This document shows, piece after piece, positions 8,742 to 18,298 of a DNA stretch of 64,000 nucleotides. The notes under the pieces are model-generated. The model was not told the DNA's origin and did no database searches. It saw only the letters and a program-made list of their open reading frames with translations. The translations under genes and the position numbers were made by a program. The number at the start of each line of letters is the position of its first letter. The first letter of the stretch is position 1. Location: positions 199,927 to 263,926 of the forward strand of contig CAVTQH010000002.1 in the NCBI GenBank assembly GCA_963736875.1, in the 5' to 3' direction. The DNA comes from Candidatus Amesbacteria bacterium (lineage in GTDB: Bacteria > Patescibacteriota > Microgenomatia > CAZETR01 > Amesbacteraceae).

Positions 8742-10100
8742 CTACAAATCAGTCTCCTGTAATTTCCCGATCAGTGCCTGTTTTTCGTTCGGTAATCCCT
8801 TTTCCACTACCTCGTTAAAAATATATTCCAGGTATTTTCCCACCAGCGGTCCGGGGGTGATATTTTTGATTTTCATCACATCCGCGCCGCCGATTTTCAG
8901 ATCAGTCACGGAAAACGGTTGTTTCTGGACCTGTACCAGGCGTTTTTTAAATTCTTCCAGCCGCCAGCTGGTTTCCCTGGCTCCGCCCCCCAGCCTGTCC
9001 CCGGTTCGGAGTGCAAGCATCTCCGGGATATTTTCCACCCCCGCATTTTTTATAAACCGTCTGATGGCGCTGTCCGTCTGATTTTCATCCACGGTAAATT
9101 GATGCCACCTGACCAGCCTGACAAACTTCTGCTTCTGCTCATTGGAAAATCTCAGTCTTTCGGCAATTTTAAAGGCGATTTTTTCCCCCTCCATTTCGTG
9201 GTTATAAAAAGTAATTCTTCCGTCTGCATATACTTTCTGGGTTTTAACTTTACCCACATCATGAATTAACGTAGCCAGCCGGGTAATCGGATCTTTGGAA
9301 GGACAAAGTCTTAAAGCCTCCACACTGTGGGTTCCGACATCGTAAATATGGTGTCTGCCGGGACTTTTTTGCTCCACTCCGAAAGTTGCTCCCATTTCGG
9401 CAAGTATAATTTCCCCCAGCCCGCAATTTCGCAGTAGGAGATATCCGTCAGCCGGGTAATCCGAAGCAAAAATTTTCAGAAGTTCATCCCTTACCCTTTC
9501 CCCCGATATTTGTCTGATTTTTTCGGCATTGTTTTTAATCGCTCCGAAAGTCTCCTCCTCTATGGCAAATCTCAGTTGAGTGGCAATTCTCACAGCCCGC
9601 ATCATCCGCAGGGCATCTTCACCAAACCGGGCATCAGGGCTTCCCACACATTTAACTACCTTCGCTCTGACATCCTCCGCCCCTCCGAAAAAATCCAGCA
9701 ATTCATATTTTCCGGTCCTGACTTGCTTTAAAGCCATGGCGTTGATCGTAAAATCCCGTCGCTCCAGATCCTGCCTTAAGGTTTCCCCCCATTCCACCGC
9801 GTCGGGGTGTCTGTGATCCGTATATTCCTTTTCAGTCCGGTAGGTGGTGATTTCATAAGGCCGTTTGCCGTCACCGGCGGAAATTCCTACGGTTCCGAAT
9901 TTATTGTCATAATAAGCTTCCGGATAAAGTGCTAATATTTGCTCAGGGTTGGCGTTTGTCGTAAAGTCCCAGTCATATTGCGGCCGGTCCAGCATGACAT
10001 CTCTTACCACTCCGCCCACGATATAAATTTCATATCCGTTTTTGGTAAATTTTCTGATTATTTCCTGCACCTGTCCGGGGGGCTTTAAGGCAATTTCCAT
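8742..10100 (-). CDS. cca: CCA-adding tRNA nucleotidyltransferase with C-terminal HD domain
   Basis: IVGGVVRD...DFT head domain of the poly(A) polymerase/CCA family, with an HD-domain tail. Confidence 0.75.
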   Translation of the reverse strand: MEIALKPPGQVQEIIRKFTKNGYEIYIVGGVVRDVMLDRPQYDWDFTTNANPEQILALYPEAYYDNKFGTVGISAGDGKRPYEITTYRTEKEYTDHRHPDAVEWGETLRQDLERRDFTINAMALKQVRTGKYELLDFFGGAEDVRAKVVKCVGSPDARFGEDALRMMRAVRIATQLRFAIEEETFGAIKNNAEKIRQISGERVRDELLKIFASDYPADGYLLLRNCGLGEIILAEMGATFGVEQKSPGRHHIYDVGTHSVEALRLCPSKDPITRLATLIHDVGKVKTQKVYADGRITFYNHEMEGEKIAFKIAERLRFSNEQKQKFVRLVRWHQFTVDENQTDSAIRRFIKNAGVENIPEMLALRTGDRLGGGARETSWRLEEFKKRLVQVQKQPFSVTDLKIGGADVMKIKNITPGPLVGKYLEYIFNEVVEKGLPNEKQALIGKLQETDL

Positions 10101-10127
10101 ACTGCTAAAATTGTAACATGCTCAAAG

Positions 10128-11696
10128 ATGAACTTATCTCCGCTCTGCTTGATCCAAAAGGGCCTGATCACCCCCGGTCAGGTAAACGATTTTCTTCACC
10201 CCCAGCATCCTCTGGAAATTACCCCTTCCCGGCTGGGTTTATCAAAACAGGCAATCACCCGGGCAAAAAAGCTCGTTGACCGGCACATTTCAGCCGGTCA
10301 CCCCATAGCTGTTTACGGAGATTATGATGTCGACGGAATTTGCGCCACCGCTATTGTTTGGGAAACCCTGTATCCGCTTTCCCGTCAGGTTTTTCCCTAT
10401 ATTCCTGATCGCCGTGCAGAAGGTTACGGTCTGACAAACGCCGGTATTGACCACTGTCTGGCCAAAGGTGCCAAACTCATAATTGTTCTGGACAGCGGTA
10501 TTGTTGCCGCAAAAGAGATTAAATACTGCCGGGATAAAGGTTGTGACATTTTAGTCATCGACCATCATCAGCCGGAAAGTACACCGCCCCGTCCCACGGC
10601 ACTTATCCATTCCACTGCCACATCTGCTGCCGGTCTGGCCTGGTTTTTTGTGAGGGAGTTTCAAAAAAATCCGGATTCGGAGTCGCTTTCACTGGTGGCA
10701 ATTTCCGTCATCTGTGACCTGGTGCCGCTTACCGGCGTCAACCGGAGTCTGGCAAAATTCGGATTGGAGCAGTTAAACATTACCACCCGCCCGGGGTTGT
10801 TGGCTCTTATTTCCCAATCGGGGATTACCCCGGGCCAAATCGGTCCTTATGAAGTCGGTTTTATCATCGGCCCGCGTTTAAATGCCATGGGGAGGTTAGA
10901 ACACGCCATAGACAGTTTAAGGCTTCTTTGCACCACCGACGCGGACAGGGCTCATAAGTTGGCCGCTACTTTGGGAGAAACCAATCGCCTGCGTCAGGAT
11001 ATGACTCAGAAATCATCCGACCACGCCATTTCGCTTTTTGTAAATCAAAACCTGCCCCGGCTTTTAATTGCCGCCGATCCTGATTATGACGAGGGGATTA
11101 TCGGTCTGGTTGCAGCCAGGCTGGTGGAAAAATATTTCCGTCCGGCGATTGCCGTCAGTGTCGGCCGGGAAAAAAGCAAAGCTTCGGCCAGATCCGTCCC
11201 CGGCTTCCACATCACCGGATTTTTACGGCAATTTACTTCTCTGTTTGAATCGGTCGGGGGTCACGAAATGGCTGCCGGTTTTACTTTTCCGACAGCCAAA
11301 TTGGATGAAGTTAAAACCCGTTTGCAAAAACAGGCCGGAAAAGCAATTACTCCTGAAATGCTTATTAAAAACCAGCGGATTGACGCCGTGGTGCCGGTGG
11401 ATGTTTTGGATTGGGATTTATGCACCGCCCTGGAACAATTTACCCCGTTTGGCATCGGCAATCCCAGGCCGGTTTTTAAATCCCATAAAATTCCCGTTGC
11501 AAATTTTAAAAGAGTCGGTCAGACGGCCAAACATCTCAAATTCAGTGCCGGGGGAATTGACGCAATTTTCTTTAACGCTCCGGACCGTGTAGAGCAAAAA
11601 TTATCCGCCGCCGACCTGGTTTATCATTTAAACCCCCATGTTTATCAGGGTATTGCCGGTATTCAATTGGTTATTAAAGATTTAAAATCTGCCTGA
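10128..11696 (+). CDS. recJ: single-stranded-DNA-specific exonuclease RecJ
   Basis: The DHH motif is IAVYGDYDVDGICATAIV...ILVIDHH, followed by DHHA1. Confidence 0.8.
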   Translation: MNLSPLCLIQKGLITPGQVNDFLHPQHPLEITPSRLGLSKQAITRAKKLVDRHISAGHPIAVYGDYDVDGICATAIVWETLYPLSRQVFPYIPDRRAEGYGLTNAGIDHCLAKGAKLIIVLDSGIVAAKEIKYCRDKGCDILVIDHHQPESTPPRPTALIHSTATSAAGLAWFFVREFQKNPDSESLSLVAISVICDLVPLTGVNRSLAKFGLEQLNITTRPGLLALISQSGITPGQIGPYEVGFIIGPRLNAMGRLEHAIDSLRLLCTTDADRAHKLAATLGETNRLRQDMTQKSSDHAISLFVNQNLPRLLIAADPDYDEGIIGLVAARLVEKYFRPAIAVSVGREKSKASARSVPGFHITGFLRQFTSLFESVGGHEMAAGFTFPTAKLDEVKTRLQKQAGKAITPEMLIKNQRIDAVVPVDVLDWDLCTALEQFTPFGIGNPRPVFKSHKIPVANFKRVGQTAKHLKFSAGGIDAIFFNAPDRVEQKLSAADLVYHLNPHVYQGIAGIQLVIKDLKSA

Positions 11697-11699
11697 ATT

Positions 11700-13178
11700 A
11701 TGGATCCGCACTTAACTGACCTTTTAGACAGCATCAAAAAAACTCCCCGGCCGGTGGATGCCGGGGTGGTTACGGCTGCCTGGCAATTTGCCAACGATGT
11801 TCACTTGGGCCAAAATCGGCTTACCGGGGAGCCTTATATTATCCATCCCACCCAAGTAGCCAAAACACTGGCGTTATGGAATCTTGACACCACCACCGTT
11901 GTGGCCGGTTTACTGCATGACACTATTGAGGATGCGCAAGTTACCAGAGACAGTCTGGCAGCAGGTTTTGGCGAAGAAGTGGCCTTAATCGTCGACGGGG
12001 TTTCCAAAATCACTTCGATTCGTTTAAAAGGCAGTTCCGAACAGGAATTTATCGAAAATTTCAGAAAAATGCTTTTGGTTATGGCCCGTGATCTCCGGGT
12101 AATTTTAGTCAAACTGGCTGACCGGTTGCACAATATGCAGACTCTGGGGGCCCTTCCCCCGGAAAAACAATTTGCCAATGCCCGGGAGACACTGGAAATT
12201 TATGCTCCCCTGGCCGAAAGGCTGGGTATGGGGGAAATCAAAGGCATTCTGGAAGACCTGTCATTCCCTTACGTTTATCCGCAGGAATTTATTGCTATGA
12301 AAAAACAACTCAAACCCTTGATTACCAAAGGGGAGGAGTATATTAAAAAAATCCAGCAGGAGCTTTTAACCCTGATTCTTCCGGCAATTCCCGGCGCGGT
12401 TATCAGTACCCGCCAGAAGCATCTCTACAGCCTTTTTCAAAAACTACAGCGTCCGGAAATTGCGGGTGATATCAGTCTGATTCACGACTTATTTGCAGCC
12501 AGGGTGATTTTAGAAACCCCTTCCGAGTGTTATGAAGCCCTGGGTTTGATTCACAGCCAATATCACCCGGTTCCGTACCTGGGTGTCTCCGATTTTATTG
12601 CCACCCCCAAACCCAACGGCTACCAGTCAATTCACACCAAAATTTTCGGTCCTGACGGTCACATCATAGAGCTGCAAATCAGGACCACCAGCATGCACGA
12701 ACAGGCGGAAATGGGTATCGCCGCCCACTGGTTTTACAACGAGACCAAAACTTCCGGGGTTTCGGATCAGAAGCTGGAAAAGGGGATTGCCGGACCTGCA
12801 TCCAAACTGGATTGGGTCAAACAACTGGCTTCGCTTCAGGAAGAGATCAAAGACAACAGTGAATACTTGAAAACCCTCAAATTTGACGCCTTAAAGCACC
12901 GCTTGCTGGTCTTTTCCCCCAAGGGGGATGTCTATGACCTGCCGGCAGGAGCCACCCCGGTGGATTTTGCCTACGCGGTTCATACCGGCATGGGTTCCCA
13001 GGCCAAAGGAGCCAAAGTTAACGACAAAATGGTCCAGTTGGATTACCGTCTGAACAACGGAGACGTGGTGGAGATTTTAATTGACCGCAAAAGGAAAACT
13101 CCCAGTCCCCGCTGGCTGGATTTTGCGGTCACCGCCGCCGCCCGCCGGGAAATAAGTAAAAGCATAATATCGCCTTAA
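11700..13178 (+). CDS. rel: short RelA/SpoT-family (p)ppGpp synthetase/hydrolase (HD + synthetase + TGS; no ACT)
   Basis: HD motif (IIHPTQVA...HDTIED), a synthetase domain and TGS (GDVYDLPAGATPVDFAYAVHTGMG). The 492 aa end just after TGS. Confidence 0.75.
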   Translation: MDPHLTDLLDSIKKTPRPVDAGVVTAAWQFANDVHLGQNRLTGEPYIIHPTQVAKTLALWNLDTTTVVAGLLHDTIEDAQVTRDSLAAGFGEEVALIVDGVSKITSIRLKGSSEQEFIENFRKMLLVMARDLRVILVKLADRLHNMQTLGALPPEKQFANARETLEIYAPLAERLGMGEIKGILEDLSFPYVYPQEFIAMKKQLKPLITKGEEYIKKIQQELLTLILPAIPGAVISTRQKHLYSLFQKLQRPEIAGDISLIHDLFAARVILETPSECYEALGLIHSQYHPVPYLGVSDFIATPKPNGYQSIHTKIFGPDGHIIELQIRTTSMHEQAEMGIAAHWFYNETKTSGVSDQKLEKGIAGPASKLDWVKQLASLQEEIKDNSEYLKTLKFDALKHRLLVFSPKGDVYDLPAGATPVDFAYAVHTGMGSQAKGAKVNDKMVQLDYRLNNGDVVEILIDRKRKTPSPRWLDFAVTAAARREISKSIISP

Positions 13179-13189
13179 AAAAAACAAAT

Positions 13190-13525
13190 TTATTCTAACT
13201 TTGCATCGATTCTTCTGTTCTTACCGCCGTCAGGATGATCACTGCAGTCACTCACCTCAATATTTTTAACCACTTTCCCCCCCAGATGCGAAGATGGAAA
13301 TAAATCCGGAAGTCTAGTACCCAGATTGTTTACCAGGTCAATTAACTTTTTCTCGTACTCTGGTTTTGAACTACACACTTTATCCATATGACCGTTTATT
13401 GCATTACCTGGACCAATTAGGATATTAGCTAGAAATATTCCTGCAGGAGAATAAATCCGTAAAGCGTACACATCCCGGCCCATCTGTTTTGGATGGATTT
13501 CAAGATTTTCTTTATCATCATTCAT
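13190..13525 (-). CDS. hypothetical protein, 111 aa
   Basis: ORF only. Confidence 0.25.
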   Translation of the reverse strand: MNDDKENLEIHPKQMGRDVYALRIYSPAGIFLANILIGPGNAINGHMDKVCSSKPEYEKKLIDLVNNLGTRLPDLFPSSHLGGKVVKNIEVSDCSDHPDGGKNRRIDAKLE

Positions 13526-13586
13526 AAATATAAATTCGACAGGTTAGCCTTATTTTATCAGCGTTTAGTGTTAAAATCACTTAAAC

Positions 13587-14939
13587 ATGTCGAGGACTTT
13601 GATCAGTGAGACAGTTGTAAAAACAGGAGAAACGGTTTTGCTTCAGGGTTGGGTAAACACCAGACGGGATCATGGGCAGATTGTTTTTATCGATCTTCGG
13701 GACCGCACCGGTGTGGTTCAGGTGGTGGCTACTTCGGACCAGGCTCAGAAACTCCGCAGTGAGGATGTAATTTACGTCACCGGTACGGTTAAAAACCGTC
13801 CGGAAAAACTGGTTAATCCCAAGCTTCCCACCGGTTCCCTGGAAATCGAAGCAAAAACTATTGAAGTGGTGTCCAAAGCCGCTGAATTGCCGTTTGACAT
13901 GGGACAGCCGGTTTTGGAACTGCAGCTGCCGACTTTACTGGATAACCGGACTTTGACCCTGCGCCACCCCCGTGTCCGGGAAATTTTTCAGGTTCAGGAG
14001 GCCGTCATGGAAGGTTTTAGGCAGGCATCTCAAAAACTTGATTGCACTGAAATTTTTGTCCCTACTATTTCAGCTTCCGCCACCGAAGGGGGAGCGGATG
14101 TTTTCAAAGTTGATTATTACAAACATCCGGCTTTTTTGATCCAGAGTCCCCAGTTATACAAGCAAATGCTGGTTCCCGCTTTCGAACGGGTCTTTGTCAT
14201 CTCTCATGCTTACAGGTCTGAACCTTCTATTACCACCCGCCATCTCTCCGAAGTGGTTCAGCTGGATTGTGAATTGGGTTTTATGGACTTCCCGGCTTTG
14301 CTGGATTCTTTGGAATTTGTCGGTATCGCTACTTTACAATACGTTGTTGAACACTGTTCCCAAATTCTATCCCGCTACGGCATACCCCAAATCCTGATAC
14401 CGGAAAAAACACCCCGGCTGACGATGCGGCAGGTCCAGCAGATTATCAAAGACCGGACCGGTGTTGACCATACCAAAGAGCCGGATCTTATGCCCGAAGA
14501 CGAAAGGGAGATCTGCCTCTGGGCTGCCGAAACTCATCATTCGGATCTGGTTACCGTTACTCATTACCCCACCGCCAAAAGGGCTTTTTATACCATGCCC
14601 GATCCTGCAGATCCAGAATATTCACTAAGTTATGACCTTCTCTTCAGGGGAATGGAAATATTAAGCGGCAGTCAGCGGATAAACGACCTGGATCAGCTTT
14701 TGGCGGCCATGAAAAACAGGGGACTCGATCCTGACAATTTTTCCATGTATTTACAGGCCTTCCGTTATGGCATGCCTCCCGAAGGCGGATTTTCCTTTGG
14801 CCTGGAGCGCCTGACCATGCAGATTTTACAATTGTCCAATATCCGCGAAGCTTCCCTTTTTCCCCGGGATATGGAACGGGTGGATGTCCGCCTCTCCACC
14901 CTGGCCAAAAATAAAAAAAGGCCTTCCAAAAAGGTATAA
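13587..14939 (+). CDS. aspS: aspartyl-tRNA synthetase, archaeal/non-discriminating type (class IIb)
   Basis: An OB anticodon-binding N-terminus; QSPQLYKQML...RSEPSITTRHLSE (motif 2) and GFSFGLERL (motif 3). The 450-aa length fits archaeal-type AspRS. AsnRS is not fully excluded. Confidence 0.7.
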   Translation: MSRTLISETVVKTGETVLLQGWVNTRRDHGQIVFIDLRDRTGVVQVVATSDQAQKLRSEDVIYVTGTVKNRPEKLVNPKLPTGSLEIEAKTIEVVSKAAELPFDMGQPVLELQLPTLLDNRTLTLRHPRVREIFQVQEAVMEGFRQASQKLDCTEIFVPTISASATEGGADVFKVDYYKHPAFLIQSPQLYKQMLVPAFERVFVISHAYRSEPSITTRHLSEVVQLDCELGFMDFPALLDSLEFVGIATLQYVVEHCSQILSRYGIPQILIPEKTPRLTMRQVQQIIKDRTGVDHTKEPDLMPEDEREICLWAAETHHSDLVTVTHYPTAKRAFYTMPDPADPEYSLSYDLLFRGMEILSGSQRINDLDQLLAAMKNRGLDPDNFSMYLQAFRYGMPPEGGFSFGLERLTMQILQLSNIREASLFPRDMERVDVRLSTLAKNKKRPSKKV

Positions 14940-14954
14940 TCAGCCCCGATAACT

Positions 14955-15194
14955 ATGGGAATATTTAATTTGCTGGGTTTAATCCGCCGGATACTGTTTT
15001 TTTCCATTCTTTTATCTCTGGCCTGGAAATTGTCTTCAATGATAGTTCTTCCCGCTTCTTCCCCGGCACCTTTACCCGTAAATCTTGCCCCGGTGGCTTT
15101 ACCGGATCATCCGGTACCGGAAATTAACCGCCAAAAATGTTTTTATTATCGACCGGGCCTCCCGGACGGTGCTGATGGCCAAAAATGCCGATGA
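14955..15194 (+). other. orphan signal-peptide ORF, probable displaced N-terminus of the downstream carboxypeptidase (needs a +1 shift near 15120-15135)
   Basis: MGIFNLLGLIRRILFFSILLSLAWKLSS...PVPEI is read in frame 0. The carboxypeptidase homology (TAKNVFIIDRAS...) continues in frame 1. The junction lies in ccaaaaatgttttta. Confidence 0.35.
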
Positions 15195-15855
15195 CCGGAT
15201 TTATCCTGCTTCCACCACCAAGATGATGACTGCCATCGTCTCTTACGAAAAATATTCTCTTCACGAGCCTCTGGAAGTCAGCCGCTCCTACCCCGAAGGG
15301 ACAACTATCCATCTCCAGCCGGGAGAACAGGTAACAGTGGAAAATCTGCTTTACGCCATGCTTGTCCAATCAGCAAACGATGCTGCCGAAGTTCTGGCGG
15401 CAGCCTACCCGTCAGGCAGGGAAGTTTTTATAAATGAGATGAATGCTAAAGCCGATGCCATGCATTTATTTAATACCCGTTTTCAAAATCCCACCGGCCT
15501 TGACCAGGAAGGCCATTTCTCCTCGGCAGCCGATCTGGCCCGCCTGGCTGATTATCTGCTTCAGTCTCCGTATTTAGCCAAAATTGTAGCTACCCAGAAC
15601 GCAGTCATTGCCTCGGCCGATTATTCCTCTTTTCATCCGTTATCAAATATCAATAGTCTGTTGGGAAATATTACCGGGGTATTGGGTGTAAAAACCGGAT
15701 TTACCGACAAGGCAGGGGAATCCCTGGTTACCTTAGTCAGCCGGGACGGTCACGAAGTGATAATTTCCCTTTTGGGCAGCACCGACCGTTTTACCGACAC
15801 CACCAACCTGATTGAATGGATCTATTCGGCTTTTACCTGGCCTCGTCAGAAGTAA
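15085..15855 (+). CDS. D-alanyl-D-alanine carboxypeptidase (peptidase S11, PBP5/6-like)
   Basis: SxxK (ASTTKMMT), SxN (SANDAA) and KTG (KTGFT) are present. The TTG start at 15085 leaves no signal peptide, see the previous feature. Confidence 0.7.
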   Translation: MPRWLYRIIRYRKLTAKNVFIIDRASRTVLMAKNADDRIYPASTTKMMTAIVSYEKYSLHEPLEVSRSYPEGTTIHLQPGEQVTVENLLYAMLVQSANDAAEVLAAAYPSGREVFINEMNAKADAMHLFNTRFQNPTGLDQEGHFSSAADLARLADYLLQSPYLAKIVATQNAVIASADYSSFHPLSNINSLLGNITGVLGVKTGFTDKAGESLVTLVSRDGHEVIISLLGSTDRFTDTTNLIEWIYSAFTWPRQK

Positions 15856-16912
15856 ACTGCGTACCAACAGCCTGAACGTAAGCTGTAAATCCGGCATCAC
15901 CCTCAAATACGTAAACCGGCTGTAAAAACGCCTGTTGTTCATTTGACTCAAAATAAGCCAGGCTCACTCTTCTTACCGTCACCTGATTTTCGGTCGTTCT
16001 CTTGGCAATAAATCCTCCCCCGTCCACCAATTCTTTCCACGCTTCGCTCACCGGTCTTAAGGGGTAGGTGGCAAAATCGTCACCCAAAGTCTGAGAATAA
16101 TAATAATTGGCCTGGACTATTTGTTTATCCCCGGATAATCCGGAAACAATCACATTAACAGGCGACGTTTCCCCTCCCACAGTAACTATTTTCATTGTCA
16201 ATTTTTCCCCGGTCGGTAATTCCTCATTCTTTTCCGCCCGGTATAAATCTACCCTGGTGAAATTAGCTTCATAAGGAGAAATCTCCGGCAGCATTGCCGA
16301 AGACGTTGCCGATAGGTAAATAATCCGGCTGGTGCCGTTGGCAATGTCTTCAGGCAGTACCCCGAGCCTTTCCAGAAATCTCTTGGCATTAGAAACAGCT
16401 TCATTTCCTATCGGTACGTCCTGGACAAAATAGTTGCTCCGGTCTGTCGTCCAATCGTATTTGTATGATAATCCGCCGGTAATTACGTCAAATATCATAT
16501 CAATCGGTAATTTCGGACTGGAAAATCTGTACGTTCTCTCATCCAGTTGAATCGGTTCGTTTGAAAGCCCCACCGATCTGGCTTTCTCCGTCATCCTCTC
16601 CAGTATTAAAAGCCGTGATTTGTTTATTCCCACGGGGTATACCTTACTGACATTCGGCATGGCAGGCAAAGCCCCGGTAATTGTTTCCAGCTTGTATTCC
16701 GGAGTGGCAAAATTAGGCGCTTCCGGAAAAATAAGTTTCGGCAGTTTGCCGTATTTGACCGTGGGCGGAGGGGGAGGAGGCGGATTTAAAGTCAGATACA
16801 CTCTTCTCATTAAAGCCATTATTCCGGGTATCAACGCCATAATCACCAGTGCCACCAGTCCCCACTTGATTATTTTCCTGGCTAATACGCTTACTTCCGT
16901 CAGGGTTGCCAT
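15833..16912 (-). CDS. membrane-anchored hypothetical protein with poly-Pro linker
   Basis: An N-terminal TM (LVALVIMALIPGIMAL) is followed by PPPPPPPP and a ~300-aa extracytoplasmic domain. No family recognised. Confidence 0.35.
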   Translation of the reverse strand: MATLTEVSVLARKIIKWGLVALVIMALIPGIMALMRRVYLTLNPPPPPPPTVKYGKLPKLIFPEAPNFATPEYKLETITGALPAMPNVSKVYPVGINKSRLLILERMTEKARSVGLSNEPIQLDERTYRFSSPKLPIDMIFDVITGGLSYKYDWTTDRSNYFVQDVPIGNEAVSNAKRFLERLGVLPEDIANGTSRIIYLSATSSAMLPEISPYEANFTRVDLYRAEKNEELPTGEKLTMKIVTVGGETSPVNVIVSGLSGDKQIVQANYYYSQTLGDDFATYPLRPVSEAWKELVDGGGFIAKRTTENQVTVRRVSLAYFESNEQQAFLQPVYVFEGDAGFTAYVQAVGTQFTSDEAR

Positions 16913-16930
16913 GTTAAAATTTATTTTATC

Positions 16931-17977
16931 ATGGTTCGCACGCGTTTTGCCCCTTCTCCCACGGGTTTTTTACATATCGGCAGTTTGCGGACTGCTCTTT
17001 ACTCTTTCACACTGGCTAAAAGCTCCCAAGGTCAGTTTTTATTAAGGATAGAAGACACGGACCAAAAAAGGGAGGTCAAAGGAGCGGTTGAAAGTATTTA
17101 TAATAGTCTCAATAAATTCGGAATTTCCTGGGACGAACCGCCGGTTATCCAAAGCCAAAGAGCCCGGGAGGGGGTTTATATCGGGGCGGCGGAAAAACTG
17201 GTACAGCAGGGTCAGGCCTTTTATTGTCAATGCGAAGCCAGAAATGCCAAAATCCAGGGATTCAGCGGGATTCTTCGCGACCCCTGCCGGGACAAAAATT
17301 TGTCGCACGGCGCAATTAAACTCCGGGTTCCGGACGATCAGAAAGTCTCTTATCATGATTTTGTTTTGGACAGGGAAATTATCTGGGACACCAATACGGT
17401 TGCCGATGCCACCCTGCTTAAATCCGAATCCATGGGGCGGTTACCCACGTATCATCTGGCGGTGGTGGTGGATGACGTATTCATGCGCATATCCCATGCT
17501 CTCCGCGGCCACGACTGGCTTCCCAGCACCCCGATACATCTTTTAGTTTATAAATTTCTGGGATTTGAGTGTCCGGAAATCGGACATCTGACTGATATCC
17601 AATCATCCAAAGGAGGAAAACTATCCAAAAGAAAAGATTCCGTATTCTGTGAGAAGTTTTTGGATGACGGATATCTGCCTGAAGCCCTCTTAAATTTTGT
17701 CATGCTTTTAGGCTGGGCACCAAAGGATAACCGGGAAATGTATACTCTGTCGGAATTTGTCCAGTTTTTTGATCCTAAAGGATTTCAAAAATCAAATCCG
17801 TTATTTCTTCCGGCCAAACTTGACTGGTTTAACGGTCAGTATATCAGACAGAAATCGGATACAGAACTTATTCAGCTCGTGAAACCATACATGAAAAGTC
17901 AAATAACGGACATAATACTTACCCGAATAATGCCTTTAATCAAGGACAGAATAGTAAAACTTAACGGACATAAATAA
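16931..17977 (+). CDS. gltX: glutamyl-tRNA synthetase, catalytic core (348 aa; C-terminal domain disrupted, see next feature)
   Basis: RFAPSPTGFLHIGSLRTALYSF (HIGH), KLSKR (KMSKS) and a Cys cluster CQC...C. It stops at the TAA at 17975 inside the region homologous to GluRS 'LLWLNHHYI...'. Confidence 0.7.
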   Translation: MVRTRFAPSPTGFLHIGSLRTALYSFTLAKSSQGQFLLRIEDTDQKREVKGAVESIYNSLNKFGISWDEPPVIQSQRAREGVYIGAAEKLVQQGQAFYCQCEARNAKIQGFSGILRDPCRDKNLSHGAIKLRVPDDQKVSYHDFVLDREIIWDTNTVADATLLKSESMGRLPTYHLAVVVDDVFMRISHALRGHDWLPSTPIHLLVYKFLGFECPEIGHLTDIQSSKGGKLSKRKDSVFCEKFLDDGYLPEALLNFVMLLGWAPKDNREMYTLSEFVQFFDPKGFQKSNPLFLPAKLDWFNGQYIRQKSDTELIQLVKPYMKSQITDIILTRIMPLIKDRIVKLNGHK

Positions 17978-18298
17978 TTTACTGTCGCCTTTTATATCAG
18001 CTACCGGAAGATATCCGGCCGGAATTATATGCTTCAAACCCGGAAGTCATTTAGTCTCGGTATTTGAAACTATTAAAGCACAGTGATTTTACCAATTCGG
18101 AATCTTTAAATTCGGAATTCAAAAAGGAAATTGACAGGCTGAATATTAAAACCGGAGACTACTTTATGAACATGCGGGTAGCTTTAATGGGTTCCCGTTC
18201 CACCCCTCCCGATTACCGAATCGGCGGTAATTTTGGGTAAAGAGGAGTCACTGCGAAGAATTAATAACGCTCTTGAAATGCTAAGCATTAAACAATGA
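17974..18298 (+). pseudogene. gltX: disrupted 3' part of gltX encoding the anticodon-binding domain
   Basis: GluRS C-terminal homology (LPEDIRPELY..., IKTGDYFMNMRVALMGSRSTPP, ITESAVILGKEESLRRINNALEML) is readable only across frames: frame 2 to 1 near 17975, an in-frame TAG at 18052-18054, then frame 1 to 2 near 18210. Confidence 0.5.
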
